From IMG/VR virus record IMGVR_UViG_3300045988_147882: a stretch of DNA of 64,000 nucleotides; one strand, written 5' to 3'. A model generated the notes under the pieces. The model worked only from the letters and a program-made list of their open reading frames with translations, made no database searches and was not told where the DNA came from. Numbering within the stretch: the first letter of the stretch is position 1; the number at the start of each line of letters is the position of its first letter. The position numbers and the translations under genes were made by a program. Positions 63,979 to 64,000 of the stretch are shown here, piece by piece. The DNA is from a virus.

Positions 63979-64000
63979 CAACACAAAAACTAAACTAGAC

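Noticed and set aside
1-64000. Genome-wide TAG stop-codon reassignment, suggested by the in-frame TAGs at 23845 and 37707 and the CUA-containing tRNA-like loops
   Set aside because: TAG clearly terminates genes here. The tape measure ends at 41828-41830 and 44346..46337 ends at 46335-46337, each with the next gene starting a few nt later in a different frame. Very long ORFs are also uninterrupted. At most, local low-level readthrough is plausible.
1-64000. CRISPR arrays, IS elements or transposases, rRNA genes
   Set aside because: I saw no regularly spaced repeat-spacer arrays, no transposase-like ORFs and no rRNA-like segments anywhere in the window.

Overview
Nearly the whole window is one temperate tailed phage or prophage. 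Its signals look Bacteroidales-like: TAnnTTTG -7 boxes, no Shine-Dalgarno sequences, AT-rich backbone, and a Bacteroides-type tyrosine integrase at the right end. The main gene order (mostly + strand; immunity repressors and xis-like/integrase genes on -) is: two tandem HTH repressors (800-1744, minus strand); small early genes; an RNA island with five tRNA-like genes (2712-5133); recombination genes (Erf, PD-(D/E)XK nuclease, SSB, NinB-like); replication genes (SNF2 helicase, VRR-NUC, initiator-like protein, DnaC-like loader); a large DNA-modification and nucleotide-metabolism block (ParB-like x2, helicase-methyltransferase fusion, Dcm, PP-loop ATPase, radical SAM, SDR, PRTase); terminase small and large subunits; portal; prohead protease; capsid; tail genes with a 1308-aa tape measure; an ECF-sigma plus HicAB island; three large distal tail proteins including a 2057-aa LRR protein; a complete diversity-generating retroelement (DGR; target, Avd, TR, RT at 53843-57456); a lysis cassette; an Abi-like moron; and xis-like genes plus integrase (62538-63722, minus strand). 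The observations I rate highest are these. (1) The DGR has a 91-bp TR/VR pair. Its non-adenine mismatches look like adenine mutagenesis of the TR itself. (2) The tRNA-like genes have clear acceptor, D and T arms, but by hand folding their anticodon arms are too short to be canonical. (3) Regulatory DNA is reused heavily: a ~100-bp promoter/leader in four copies, an exact 11-mer placed 13-14 nt before start codons, and two parallel operator/promoter modules. (4) A TAG codon separates two same-frame ORFs at the tail-chaperone position. (5) An uncharacterised four-gene enzyme cluster sits just before the terminase. All calls were made by eye from the sequence and the ORF track. No database searches or folding programs were run. 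Family names come from remembered motifs and should be confirmed.
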